A stretch of DNA of 63,831 bases, filler included, from Octopus bimaculoides (lineage: Eukaryota), in assembly GCF_001194135.2 (NCBI RefSeq). It is 6 parts of 6 records of this genome, joined end to end, with 100 filler letters (N's around TTAATTAATTAA, not from the genome) between each part and the next. Parts side by side here need not be neighbours in the genome. Positions count along the whole stretch, not along the records: positions 25,889 to 56,159 come from NC_068994.1; 5 more parts are not named here. One strand, written 5' to 3'. The translations under genes and the position numbers were made by a program. Positions 39,960 to 53,968 of this stretch are shown in pieces. The notes beneath the pieces were generated by a model. The model was not told where the DNA came from. It worked only from the letters and a program-made list of their open reading frames with translations, and ran no database searches. Each line of letters opens with the position of its first letter. Position 1 is the stretch's first letter.

Positions 39960-40790
39960 TGAAGAAAAGCATGGAATGGAAGGGTCTTACAGCTAATAAA
40001 GCTAATTTAACAAAGATCAAAGTTCAAGTAAGCAGGGAAACAGATAGAACACTGGTCCTTTTTGTAAAATGGCCCTGTCTGATACATAGAAAAAGTTTTA
40101 GGTGTACCCAGTGAATACTATGGAAACTTAAGAGGTAACAGAATCATGGAGTCACATGAAGATTAAGCCAGATAGTTGACTTTGTGGAAGATGTGCAGAA
40201 GCAATAAGAACACAAGGGAAATAGATTTTCTTTAGTACCCAGGAGGATCTCTAGAGGAAGTAGACAACTGCTGTTGCCTTGGCGACCTTATTAGGAGTGG
40301 GGGTGCTCTGAATGAATGGTTGCTAAAATAAGAACCAGCAGGAGAATGTTATGAAAGGTGTTGGCAACAAAAGGCTTCTTCCTCTGAGTGAAAGCAGATT
40401 CTATGATACTCGTGTATGAACAGTAATGCTACATAGTTGGCCATAAAAGCAGAGGAAATGTGAAAACTAAGAAGAAATGAAACTAGCACACTTCTCTGGA
40501 TATGTGTACATATGACAAAATGCAAAGTTTGTAAGAGATATCAGATGTAGTGAACAAGACTGCACTGGCATAGTCATATGATGCATATGGATAAGGATGG
40601 CTGCATAAAGAAGTGTCAATCACTAAATGTAGATAGAATCTGCAGAAGTGAGAGACCCAGGAAGACTTGGAATGAAGTAGTAAAGATTGACCTGAGGTTG
40701 TTCAGCCTCATAAATGAAGTGACAAAGGTCTAAGAGGATTGGTGATTCACTGTGCTTGAGAAGACATACCCATCTCAGCAAAAATGAGGT
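39960..40790 (+). mobile_element. Old RTE-like LINE 3' portion in the leader intron of gene B
   Basis: Degenerate C-terminal-type segment around AGACCCAGGAAGACTTGGAATGAAGT (RPRKTW-like) ending TGTGCTTGAGAAGAC; no intact ORF; CpG-poor. Confidence 0.6.
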
Positions 40791-41832
40791 TCTAAAAGCA
40801 AAATGTTCATGTCTGTGTTCCTGTACCCAATCTGTGCCTCACCTCTCAAGCTTTCTCCACAAATCTTCCTAAGAACTATCTCTCCAAAAACTAAAGCTCT
40901 ATTTTTTTTACTCAACTGCTGAGGCTCCATTGTCAGCTTTGGAAAGGTTTCTATGGCTAGAAGCTTTTCTTAGTGCCAACCTCTTTACAGTGTGGACTGG
41001 GTGCATTTTTCAGAAGGTTGGAGGATCATAGACCAGAAGGTTGGAGGATGATGTGCAAGATGTAGGAGTAACAGAGAGAGAGATTTGAGAGAACATTAGG
41101 ATGACTATAGTGAGTGAGGGATAATAGCATATATGTGAGGGTGCTGAGAATGCTAGCATATATATGAGGTGTTTCGATGGAGTGTGGCAGAGAAGTGCAA
41201 TTATAATGCAAATCATGGTTTCTTAAATAAAAATGTGAGTGGAAAACATTACAGGCTAGTCACTTCAATGAAAGTACTTTGATAATGCCATTGCACAAAT
41301 ACTGATGCAAACAATGGGGAAGGAGTGACATGTACTAATTTTACTCTCATGTAATTATAACCATCAAATAGTGCCATAGACAGAGAAATGATGGAGGGCT
41401 GGGTAGTGGGGGAATTAAGTGTTCAGAAATGCATGATGAGGCAAAATGGGTTAGAAGTTTACCTCATTGTGCATTTCTCCTTATACATATGCATACATAC
41501 ATACATACATACATACATACATACATACATACATACATACGTGTATGTATGTATGTACATTTCATATACATGCATCATACATCCCATCATTCACTCCAAG
41601 AGAGAGATTCACTATTGCCAGCAGAGGTAGTATTTTACTGATCTTATTCCACTTTGTTCAGTTTTTGCTTACAATGACAATATCAGAAGTTTTTTTAAGC
41701 AATTTCCCAAACTGCAAATTTCATTTATCAAATTTAAATGTTTACATATGTTAATATAATTAAATCAACAAGGATTTCTTTTTTTTTTTAGGTTTAAATA
41801 CACAATTTGTACATGAATAATAATGAATTACA

Positions 41833-44227
41833 ATGATGATAATAATCAAAATTCTACAGTTTTACATCATCTGTGGATTGATGTACTCTGTTGTAATGGT
41901 AGATATTACATACCATGTCAATGAAGAAGACAGTCCTCACACCTATATAGGAGATATTGCAATTGATTCCAACTTAACAACACACTCATTCACACATCAG
42001 CAACACACTCTCATTACTTTTACACAATTACAACGATCAGTTGCAAGTGGATCTAACTTATTTAATATCACCAACTTGGGAAAACTTTACACTACGCAGA
42101 CATTAGACGCTGAATCACTTTGTACATATAAGAAGGAATGTTTCAAAGTAGTTAAAGTAGCAGTAAGGAAAGCAGAAACATTTATAAAGATATTGAAGAT
42201 AAAAATAATTATAGAAGATATTAATGATCATCAACCAGAGTTTCCATCAAACCAATTAAAAGTCAAATTTTATGAAACAGAAGGGAAAGGATCAACAAAG
42301 TCAATACCAAATGCTGTTGATAAAGACATTGGTCTTCTTAATTCTAACATCACATATAAACTGATAGATAAAAGTAAAAAATTTTCGCTACTTACATTTA
42401 AAGGATTTGATGGGGTAACTATACTAGAAATAACACTTGGAGAAAAATTAGACAGAGAATTTAAAAACATTTATACATTACAGTTGGTGGCTAAGGATGG
42501 AGGTTTTCCACCAAAAGAAGGAATTCTGAACATAGAAATACATGTTATAGATGTCAATGATAATCAACCACTTTTTAAACAAAAATCGTATAATACTACC
42601 ATCAGTGATACACATCACATATCTTCCCCTGTGTTTCATATATCAGCTACAGATTTAGACTCTGGTCAAAATGGAAATATTACTTACTATTTACATAGAA
42701 ATACAAATAAACATACCAAAAATAAGTTTAAATTAAATTCTAAAAGTGGAGAAATCTTCATCAATGATAATTTCTTTAGAAATACAGAAAGTAAATATCA
42801 GTTATACATTGAAGCTAGGGATGGTGGAAATCCTTCATTAAGCTCCATGGCAATGTTGATTATTAATGTTATTAGCAATCAAAATAATGTTCCATCTATA
42901 AATATAGATTTTGTATCTCCTCTAACAAAGTCTTCTACTGCTATTTCAGAAGCAAGTAAAATTGGGAGTTTTATTGCTTATGTTATGGTAATTGATACTG
43001 ATAGTGGACCCAATGGACAAATTAAATGTAATATTCACCATAAAATGTTCCAGCTTTCTAATATGGGTTCTAAAGAATATAAAATATTGGTTAAAGAACC
43101 TCTTGACAGAGAAACTATAGATCATTATGTTGTTTCTATTGTATGTCATGACATGGGATCACCTCCATTAAAGACTAAGAAACAGTTCTCTGTCAAAGTA
43201 ACTGATGTCAATGATGTAGAACCACATTTTACCAAAGAGACATTCCAATTCCTCACCTATGAAAACCAGAAAGTTGACTTCCCTATTNNNNNNNNNNNNN
43301 NNNNNNNNNNNNNNNNNNNNNNNNNNNNNNNNNNNNNNNNNNNNNNNNNNNNNNNNNNNNNNNNNNNNNNNNNNNNNNNNNNNNNNNNNNNNNNNNNNNN
43401 NNNNNNNNNNNNNNNNNNNNNNNNNNNNNNNNNNNNNNNNNNNNNNNNNNNNNNNNNNNNNNNNNNNNNNNNNNNNNNNNNNNNNNNNNNNNNNNNNNNN
43501 NNNNNNNNNNNNNNNNNNNNNNNNNNNNNNNNNNNNNNNNNNNNNNNNNNNNNNNNNNNNNNNNNNNNNNNNNNNNNNNNNNNNNNNNNNNNNNNNNNNN
43601 NNNNNNNNNNNNNNNNNNNNNNNNNNNNNNNNNNNNNNNNNNNNNNNNNNNNNNNNNNNNNNNNNNNNNNNNNNNNNNNNNNNNNNNNNNNNNNNNNNNN
43701 NNNNNNNNNNNNNNNNNNNNNNNNNNNNNNNNNNNNACCAAAATGATGCAGGAACATATGAACTGGAGTTTATAGTGAAAGATGGTGGTACACCAGTTCA
43801 ATCAGCAACAACTGCTATCATACTAACACTGTTTGTTAGTAATGATACATCTCCAATGTTGACTGCTATCCACTCACAGTCTGATAACAACCTGAATATG
43901 ACTTGGATAATTATCATTGTAGCAGCAGCTGTAATACTATCTGTAGCTATTGTAGTGTCCATAACACTGTGTGTTTTCAGATGTATTAATCATTTCAATA
44001 ATTCATCTGCAGAAAAAAATAATCCAAAATTTCTGTCAAGGACTGAAATGAGACAAATATTGTATCAGACTAACAATCCTGTTGCAATAACTCGGAATGC
44101 AGAGGAGATATTTAGCAGAAATCTTCAGTCAATAAACCCCAAAAGTCCATATTATCCAGAGATGGAACAATCAGCCAATGAATGGAAATTCTCAACAACA
44201 CCTAGGAGACTTCCACCAGTTCCACAG
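41833..44227 (+). CDS. PCDH: Protocadherin gene B, large exon
   Basis: Same domain order as gene A; acceptor T-run+AG at 41791; donor CAG|GTATG after 44227; gap 43288-43736 hides most of EC5 and part of EC6. Confidence 0.95.
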
Positions 44228-45159
44228 GTATGCCAGCCATAAATCTACTTTTTACACATTATTTTTCATCATTTGTGTTTATTAACTTAAATATTTCTGT
44301 TTGATTTGTATATTAATTCTCAGAAAAGAATGAGTAAGTAGTGGTAATGTTTATTACATCTTCCCAGTTCTTTACTGGCATTGATTTTATGAACCACAGT
44401 ACATTAAAAGTTGACACTGTCATGATTTAACTAAATAGTGATCTGTCAATTTCCCTGTCTACTGTCCTACTCGTCTAATAGTACAATTTTTTTTTCCTTT
44501 TGTTTTTTGCTGCAAAGCTCTTTTTTTCTGCTTTTGTTGATGTTAAACTTAGGTCCAGTCATGAATGAACAAACCTACGACCTGATTTCCAGTTATAACA
44601 GTTCATCTCTTTTATTTTAAAAGGAAATTTTGTATCTAATACAACATTATCTTCAACCAAATATGTACTTGTACTTCTAACATGGCCGGCAGTGGTTTGA
44701 GGAAGATTTGCTTACTATTTCTGATAGATCAAACAATCTCATAGAAGTTTCCAAGTGGTTTTAAATTTTCTAATGAACAATTATGAGGTGCTAAAAACCA
44801 TGAATACAAATACACCAAATTTTAAATTCTCATATAAAATCAATTTAAGTCTTGTCCATATAAACTTACTGGAACAACTCCAGTTGTTTCTGTTCAAAAC
44901 CCACTAAAGATGAAAGTAGTACCTTAAAAAATCTCAGTTCATTTCAGAAGTATTTCATAAATGCAGAACCATATTATACAGAGTTACTGCTTAAGCAACT
45001 ATATTTTAATTAGTTCAAATATATTTAAAAAATTGATTAGATTTAACAGAATTCAGATTAGTTTTTCTGGTAAGATATAAAACATAAGTTATTGAAATAA
45101 AACAGTGTGAACCATAACCTACCAAATACACATGTAAATCTTTGGCATTTCATTGACAG

Positions 45160-45307
45160 ATGTACAATAAGCAAGTTTTGGATGATTCATGTGAACAAAG
45201 TGACAGCAGCAATATTGTGACATCAAACAACCTTAGTGACACATTGCCATCTCAAAAAGATTGCAACCGTGGATGGAGTGAAGGAGATATTACATATCAG
45301 ACATCAG
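45160..45307 (+). CDS. PCDH: PCDH gene B cytoplasmic exon 2
   Basis: TTGACAG acceptor, 148 nt, MYNKQVLDDSCEQSDSSNIVTSNNLSDTLPSQKDCNRGWSEGDITYQTS, G|GTAATT donor. Confidence 0.9.
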
Positions 45308-45744
45308 GTAATTTACTTAAGCATTTCTCACTCCTCAATCTGTTCACATAATCTGAAAAATCATCATTTCAAAACCCTTTTAAAGAACTACAGTAACCTA
45401 CAAGATAAGATTTGTATTTCATCATAGATTGCATACATACTATTCATAATTCACATACATACTATTAATAATAAAACATATCTTTAAGACAGATTTCTTA
45501 ATTTTCAATTAAATCTTTTCTATTCTAATACATAAAAGATATACTAAAAAATGACAATAAATGTAAATCACTGAAAGTAAATAAGTTAACAAGTAGTTAA
45601 CCTTCTCAATATTTTATAAAGATGAAAGAGAAACTAATATAATATCAACATGTAATTAGTTTAAAAACAGTTTTTGTATTATTTTTCAGAAGTATAATAT
45701 TCCTTTAGAAGTTTCTATTTAAAATATATCCCTTTATCTTCCAG

Positions 45745-45824
45745 AATACAGTAACTACAAACCAAACATACCTCCCACAGCAAAAAGTGGACATGAACAA
45801 GATACATATCTAGCACCAGTGTAA
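45745..45824 (+). CDS. PCDH: PCDH gene B terminal exon
   Basis: TTCCAG acceptor, EYSNYKPNIPPTAKSGHEQDTYLAPV*. Confidence 0.9.
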
Positions 45825-46585
45825 CTGTGAACTCAAAAGAAACAAAGCGCCAATTCATTGCTATGAAAAATATTACTAGTATTTTTTTTAAAGTTTTAAC
45901 ATCAAAACTGCAATTGAATTAAACTGTTATTTCTAATTTGATTATAGTATTATAATATATTATTTAGCACATATAAACTTATTTATTCAAACCCATATCC
46001 TGAAAACATACCGTTTTGAAATTATTTTCCTTAAACCTATGCTGTTAGTGTAAAACAAAATTAAATTATCAAATCAAATAACAGAATAGTTTACTACAAC
46101 TGGCACTTGTATATTATTACTTTAATGTACTTATTTTAGTGATTTTGAAAAAATGAAAGCTGAATTTGAACTCAGAAAATAGGAGAAAAAGATTACCCTA
46201 AGGTGTTTACTTTCTTTGATATATTTTTGAAAAATCTGACTAAATAATGAAATAACATCAACAAAATAACAGAAACCTTTCAGTAACATGAAATTTAACA
46301 GGATATTTTGTAGTTCAATATATGTGGAATTGTCATTAGAAATTGACAGTTTATATACTGCAGAACTCAGTGTGTATGCATGTATATAAATGCAATATAT
46401 AATCTATGCATATTTCATAGAAAAATATAAAAATGCATGTTCAAGATATAATATGATAATTAAAATATATTTAAATATATTACATACTTTACATAAAATT
46501 AAATTTACTTATTGTAAAATTTATAAAAAATTTAACTACCCCAAAATACATTTGAATATATTAAATGCAGTGTATGCATCTTCTA

Positions 46586-46698
46586 TGACTCACGAATCTG
46601 CACTAACAAGATGCTACTATAGCAGCAGTTATACTGGAACACTACGCAAGAACAGATGTCTTCTAAAAGAAGCACAAACAAAGGATTAAGTAATGAAG
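46586..46698 (+). promoter_or_regulatory. Putative promoter/leader exon of PCDH gene C
   Basis: TGACTCAC...CTACTATAGCAGCAGTTATACTGGAACACTAC...GATGTCTTCT...AAAGGATTAAG...AG|GTAAGT. Confidence 0.65.
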
Positions 46699-49672
46699 GT
46701 AAGTTACTTTATAGTTCATACTCACAATTAATATTTTCATAGTATATATTTGATAGTCAGGTATAATAACCTGATAAAATCTAGAATGTCTGTTATGAGA
46801 ATTATATACAGAAACTTGCTATTAATTATTACATTAGCAAAAACAATTACTGCAGCCATTTATTTAATGAGGCCAGTTACTGCAGTATATTCACTTCAAT
46901 GAAAGTACTTCCAGCAGTGCCATTGCCCAAATACTGATTAGAAAATTGATGTTTGTTTACTTATCCCATGTTATTTATAAAATCATTTTGTAAATTTGAC
47001 AGCTGAAATTTTTTTTATTAATTTCCACAAATGTTGGTAATTAAGCACAGAAATGTCAGTCAATTTATATTCGGTGGCTAGTAAAAAATTTAGATATACA
47101 ATAGTACATGTTCATTTAAGTCTCAGATTTTTCTGTGAGAAGAATCTATTATTTCTTCCTTTCTTCTTCATTAATGCAGTTATTTCATTTGTAATCAATT
47201 TCTCTAAAGATATTAATGTCTCAGTTCCCTGTTACTATTCACTATAACTTGGCGAGGAGGGATTCTTGACTGATATAGAAATTATCATTATGCATATCTA
47301 TAATGATACAAACTTAAATATCTAAATATCACTATATCACTATAAATATTTTGTTAAAATACAATATAAATCAATTACTTTCACAAAAATTATTCTTCTC
47401 TAGGTAAAAAAAAACCTATATAGATGATTAAACTGAGATAATTATATTATTACGGAGATGTACTTGCATAGCAAGTGACTTGATCTGAGATTGTAGCATG
47501 GAAATTTGTCAGTGAACAGGTCGCAGTTCAAAGTGATGAAAATATTTTGACAAATTAAATTTAAATGTTGAAGTGAATCGAACAGTTTTTTTGCATTTTT
47601 AAATGGCTTATAAACACCTTCTACACTGCAATTATATTATTGCTGTTAGTTTATTCTCCTTTAAAAACGTTGATTTAGTCCAGTGACACAAAATTATAAG
47701 CTGTAAAGCATTTAGTCTATTTTTGTATTACACAGGCAAATGTTAGCAACCAAGGATTCTTAATAATTTGCCATTTGTACTGTGTATTGACAATATATCT
47801 TCACTCTACATGTAAAAACCAATATCATTAGACTTCTAATCATATTTCAAGTACTCAATATCCCAGCATTTAAAGGAAATATAGTAACTACCACAGTAGT
47901 TCCTAAACAGTTCCTTAAATCAAAAAGAAAGTATGCCAGTCCAACATAAGTCCCTCCACCCACCCAATTTGTCTTCATATTCCACCCCAAAAAAGTAAAC
48001 TCTTACAAAACCTGCACTATATGCTTTGTGGTTCATCATAGGATGCACACATACTGTGCATTGAAGATTTGTTCAACAGAACAACCACATTATGTAAAGG
48101 TATTTCAATTTCAGCAAACAATGACAATAATACTGAGTTGTATTAGTTAAATCACCTCAAATATTTCAGTATAAAGTACAAATAGATGGAAGTGTTAGGA
48201 AATATACAGAGATAACAAGGGAAATAACTCTGGGGTTTTCAAACGTTGCACCTAATTTATACAGATAGGACACCTGTTTTTCCACAGCTCATGTTTCAGT
48301 AAACACTTGAATTTCTTACAACCCACCAGACGAATACATTGGGTGACCACTATTGATGTTTGGAGTCATTTGAATTCGTATGAATATCTAAATATTGTTG
48401 ATTGCGAATTTCTGTCAATTTGGGGCACTTCCTAGGGTATTTTGCTTACACCTATCCTTTGTTATTGCTTCCAAGTGTCAGTGGTGGGGCAAAGTATTGA
48501 TGTGGATAAGATAGAAGTGATGAGAGAATAAGACCATGATTTTTTAGCTTGAGATGTATGATATTAGTTAATCAGCTGCATATAATGTGAGAAAGAAAGG
48601 AAGAAAAAATAATGCAATTCTTTACAGAAAGTGTTTCTCAGAAATAAATGAATATTCAGGCCAATGATATGAATCTGCATTGCTTCTAAAGTTTCTGTAC
48701 CCATATCAATTGGATGCATGGTGTTTGGCAAATCTAGTTTCAACCTCAGTAGTGATGAGTGCTACAATAACTACTATCTTGCATGTCCTAAATTTCAAGA
48801 CAATAAACATATTAAACAGAGTAGGTGTATTCTTGAAAGAAATTTGCTTATGCACAGCATGTAAAATGACTACCTATAAGCACTCTCACAGGCAACCTGT
48901 GAAATATATTTGTATGAAACAAGTTAATAAAGTCAACTTGTAACATTATTTCAGTAGTTACAATCGAATTGTACAATTCTTAGGCAATAATTGAACTCCC
49001 TCAATGGCAATTTGAAAATTAGCAATGTTTTATGTTTTGTTGAAAATCTGTGCAGCAGCAATTTCTTGAGTGAAAAAAGTTGATTGCACCACCATATAAC
49101 ATAAGCAACAAATGAAGTTTCTTTGCTGAGTTTATTCAGTTTTTTATCATTCTAGCCTCCAATGTGGCCATACTGGCATCTCATTGTCAATTAAATCTCT
49201 CTCATGTAACAACCCTATTATGTAGTGCTTGTTTTCTCTTTGATGAATGTCTAATATTTTTGCAAAATACAGCAGTCTAAAAAATACTATTTCTATTGAA
49301 AACATAAATAACATAGATTCATAAGACATGGAAATTCAATTTGGGCAGCCAGTTATTAAGTTTTGTGAGTTATGTTATGATTTAAACTATTGGCAAAATG
49401 TTAAGAATGAAATCTAAACGCTAGGAAGAAGTCTTGTGAAAAAAAATCTGTTGAGTCGTTACTCCTTTTGTTTTAAGTTTTACCTGAATTTTACCTATTT
49501 TACCTTGTTAAAAATTTATCAAAATTCATACATATGGTGATAACTGAAATATGACAAGCTTTTAAGTAACATCAATACTTAAATGTAAATTTCAACAAAA
49601 ATTCTATGATTAAGTTCAATGTTTTCTTCTTTCATTTAAGTCATATGGATTCAAGAACAATGAAATAAAACA

Positions 49673-51903
49673 ATGATTGGAAATAATATTTTACAATTTT
49701 ACATTTTGCATGTTTGGATAAAAGCAGTCATAGCTGTAGATATTTCATACTATATCAATGAAGAAGAGAGCCCTCACACCTATATAGGAGACATTGCTAT
49801 TGACTCCAACTTATCACACCCTCTCACACATCAACAACACACTCTCATTACATTTACACAACTACAAAGGACAGTCGAGAGTGGTTCTCACTTATTTAAT
49901 GTCACCAACTCAGGAAAACTATACACTACTCAAACACTGGATGCTGAAACTCTATGTACATACAACAGGGAATGTTCTAGGATTCTTAAGGTTGCAGTGA
50001 GGAAAGCAGAAACGTTCATAAAAATATTAAAGATAAANNNNNNNNNNGAAGAAACGTTCATAAAAATATTAAAGATAAAAATATTAATAGAAGATATCAA
50101 TGACCATTCACCAGAATTTCAAGATGATCAAATAAAAATACAATTTGATGAAACAGATGGGAAAGGATCAACAAAATCAATACCAAATGCTGTGGATAAA
50201 GACATTGGCCTTCTTAATTCTAAGATTACATATAAACTCAAAGATAAAAGTAAGAAATTCTCACTATCCATATTTAAAGGGTTTGATGGAATAAATTTAC
50301 TTAAAATAACCCTAGAAGGAATGTTAGATAGGGAATTAAAAGACACTTATATGTTACTGTTGATAGCTAAAGACAGTGGCACTCCACAAAAAGAAGGTTC
50401 TTTGAAGATAGAAGTCTCAGTTACAGATGCCAATGATAACCAACCAATGTTTACTCAGAAATCATATAATATTTCCATCAGTGATACACATCACAAATCT
50501 TCTCCTGTTTTTGTTTTATCAGCTACAGATTTAGATTCTGGTCAAAATGGGAATGTTACTTACTATTTACATAGAAATACAAATAAATATGCCAGAAAAC
50601 ATTTCAAATTGAAGAGCAAATCTGGAGAAATTTTCCTTAATAATAATTTCTTAAGTAATAAAGAAAGTAAATACCAACTATACATTGAAGCCCGTGATGG
50701 TGGAAAACCATCTTTAAGTTCTACAACAATATTAATTATTAATATAATTAACAATCAAAATAATGTTCCAACAATAAATATAGATTTTGTATCTCCTCTA
50801 ACAAAGTCTTCTACTGCTATTTCAGAAGCAAGTAAAATTGGTAGTTTTATAGCTTATGTTATGGTCACTGACACTGACAGTGGACCTAATGGACAAACTA
50901 AATGTAATATTCATCATAAAATGTTCCAACTTTCTAATATGGGTTCTAAAGAATATAAAATACTGGTCAAAGAACCTCTTGACAGAGAAGCTATAGATAA
51001 TTATGTTGTTTCTATTGTATGTCATGACATGGGATCACCTCCATTAAAGACTAAGAAACAGTTCTCTGTCAAAATAACTGATGTCAATGATGTAGAACCA
51101 CATTTTACCAAAGAGACATTCCAATTCCTCACCTATGAAAACCAGAANNNNNNNNNNNNNNNNNNNNNNNNNNNNNNNNNNNNNNNNNNNNNNNNNNNNN
51201 NNNNNNNNNNNNNNNNNNNNNNNNNNNNNNNNNNNNNNNNNNNNNNNNNNNNNNNNNNNNNNNNNNNNNNNNNNNNNNNNNNNNNNNNNNNNNNNNNNNN
51301 NNNNNNNNNNNNNNNNNNNNNNNNNNNNNNNNNNNNNNNNNNNNNNNNNNNNNNNNNNNNNNNNNNNNNNNNNNNNNNNNNNNNNNNNNNNNNNNNNNNN
51401 NNNNNNNNNNNNNNNNNNNNNNNNNNNNNNNNNNNNNNNNNNNNNNNNNNNNNNNNNNNNNNNNNNNNNNNNNNNNNNNNNNNNNNNNNNNNNNNNNNNN
51501 NNNNNNNNNNNNNNNNNATGATACATCTCCAATGTTGACTGCTATCCACTCAAAGTCTGGTAACAACCTGAATTTGACTTGGATAATTATCATTGTAGCA
51601 GCAGCTGTAATACTATCTGTGGCTATTGTAGTGTCAATAACACTATGTGTATTCAAATGTATTAATCACATTAATAATTCACAAACAACAAAAAGTAATC
51701 CAAAATTTCTGTCAAGGACTGAAATGAGACAAATATTGTATCAGACTAATAATCCTGTAGCAATAACTCAGAATGCAGAAGAGATATTTAACAGAAATCT
51801 TCAGTCCATAAACCCCAAAAGCCCATATTATCCAGAGATGGAACAATCAGCCAATGAATGGAAATTCTCAACAACACCCAGAAGATTACCATCAATTCCT
51901 CAG
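49673..51903 (+). CDS. PCDH: Protocadherin gene C, large exon
   Basis: Same domain order; acceptor TTTAAG at 49640; donor CAG|GTAAGT after 51903; gaps 50038-50047 (with duplicated flanks) and 51148-51517. Confidence 0.93.
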
Positions 51904-53808
51904 GTAAGTATCATCATCTATAAACAACTATAAATATATTTATAATTCAAAATTAACACATTATAAGCACATAATTAAACTATTAACAGAAAGCCTTTTC
52001 CTTGATATGAATACTGAAGATTGTGTTTTGCATTGTAAATTTTTTTGATTGAGATGAATAAATACTCTTAATGATTTTTAGTTAAATTTCTTGGAATGGG
52101 CAAATGAGGCTGCTTTATTTAACATGATTATGATCATTCAATTTCTTTCGATGGTTTACATAGGATAGAGCATCCACTCAGATTCTAAACTGACTTACCT
52201 AATGCAGTGTTTCATTGATTTCCTGTAAAGCAAGCACCATTTTATTTTGAGAGCAGAAAAGTTATTGCAACTAGTATATGAGCACATAAGCAGACATCTC
52301 CCATAAATGTTCAATACCACAGTGTCTAGTAACAAAAAAGATATAATGACAGCCTATTAGCATACTGATTTAGGTTCCATGGATCACTTATGAAGGGTAA
52401 TTAATTCATTAAATAAATAACATTCCTAGTAATGCAGTCAAGATGCCAATCTTAGAAGGCAACATGAATTCTAGACAGGAGAATGGCAATCTGAGCCAGA
52501 ATAATTTATGTGAGTCTTACTGTCTAAGTAAAAATAATAAATCAGTCCTTGTCATATATTTTGCAATATATTTTAGAATGTGAAACTTAAAATGGATTAT
52601 GACAGTAAGTCTTAGAACTCAAAGTAGGGGATTTACTTTCAGGGATAGATTTTAGAAGTCACTCTCACAAAATACTAACTATTTATATCACAAGAGTTTT
52701 GATCTGCTAGATATCTGGAGATATAAGTTTATATTTTCTTGTAAATGGTTTGTGCAGCAATTTATATGCTGGCTGCTCCATTCAATGACACTTTCCAGAG
52801 CTTTAAAAAAGAAAATGAAGCACATTTGTGTATTTTTCTGACCATATTTACTTGAATGCAGAACTAGTGAAGAAGTCAGAATGCATTTTAGTATAATGTT
52901 TTAGTTTAAACTGACAAGATTGATTAAAAGAAAGTAACAGGACTTGCTGAAAGACACAATGCACTGCCTGATCCAAGAATCAAAACCATATCCTAACAAT
53001 AGTGAGCCCAACACTCTAACCACTAAGTTACATACCCCTGTGGTTCATCTTTATTCTCTTAAGATAAACATAATTATCACATCATTTAAATCCAATATCT
53101 TAGCTCTTAATATCGGTAGCTCTTCTTCAATATACATTTTCCATTTATGAAATATCTTATGTGTTTCCTTCAATAGGTAGTGTGATGATATCTAATATAC
53201 CCAAAATATAAAAATTAGTTATTTGAAAGAACTATATAACACTGATCAACAAGGTCCCAACTTAAAGTAATCTTTTCAGTGCACATCTTAAAACTCACTG
53301 TCAATTGTTACCTTTCATGAAAATTTTATATTTTACCTAAACAACATCAATAAATTGACTATATTTTATGATACAAGCATTATCTTAACCTTGACCTTTT
53401 ACTCAACAAGTCCCAAGTGTACCTTGCAACTAATAACTCTCATAGCTGTGGTGACACACAAATTTGCTTTGTTAGGAAACAAATTTAACAAACAAAAATA
53501 TTTTCATATAATCAACAAAATCTTCCTAATTGAAAATGATAACTTTCATTTAAATCACATTGTTGTTTCATCCTACCCTCTTTTTTGAGTATTCCAACTG
53601 CACTTCACCTATTTTAAATCCCTATTTACATTTCCTATTTACATTTCAGCTATAATGAAATCTGTTATATTTGATAAATATATTTTGATAAAAGTAATAC
53701 TGTTTTTTTTCTCTTTAGTAATACGCTTAATATTTCAACTGCATGTAGTCATCAATGAAAACATTATGTTAGAAAATGTTTACCATTTATCTTTTTTTTT
53801 TTTGTCAG

Positions 53809-53968
53809 AATTATAATAAAGATATGGTAGAGGACCAAGCTGAACAAAAATGTTATAATGATAGTATTATCACAGCAAACAACTTGAATGACACTCTCCC
53901 CTCACATAAGGAACAGAACCATGGGTGGAGTGATGGCGACATTACACATCAAGTATCTGGTATATCAG
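53809..53968 (+). CDS. PCDH: PCDH gene C cytoplasmic exon 2
   Basis: T-run+GTCAG acceptor, 160 nt, NYNKDMVEDQAEQKCYNDSIITANNLNDTLPSHKEQNHGWSDGDITHQVSGIS, phase 0 to 1. Confidence 0.85.

Noticed and set aside
50009-50077. Apparent duplicated ETFIKILKIK in gene C EC1
   Set aside because: Identical sequence flanks a 10-N gap, the signature of an unmerged contig overlap; the same pattern occurs at 55130-55139.
34027-50754. Antisense ORFs within the PCDH exons (34027-34359, 42270-42470, 50128-50346 and others)
   Set aside because: They are shadow ORFs on the opposite strand of conserved coding sequence, shared only because the sense CDS is paralogous.
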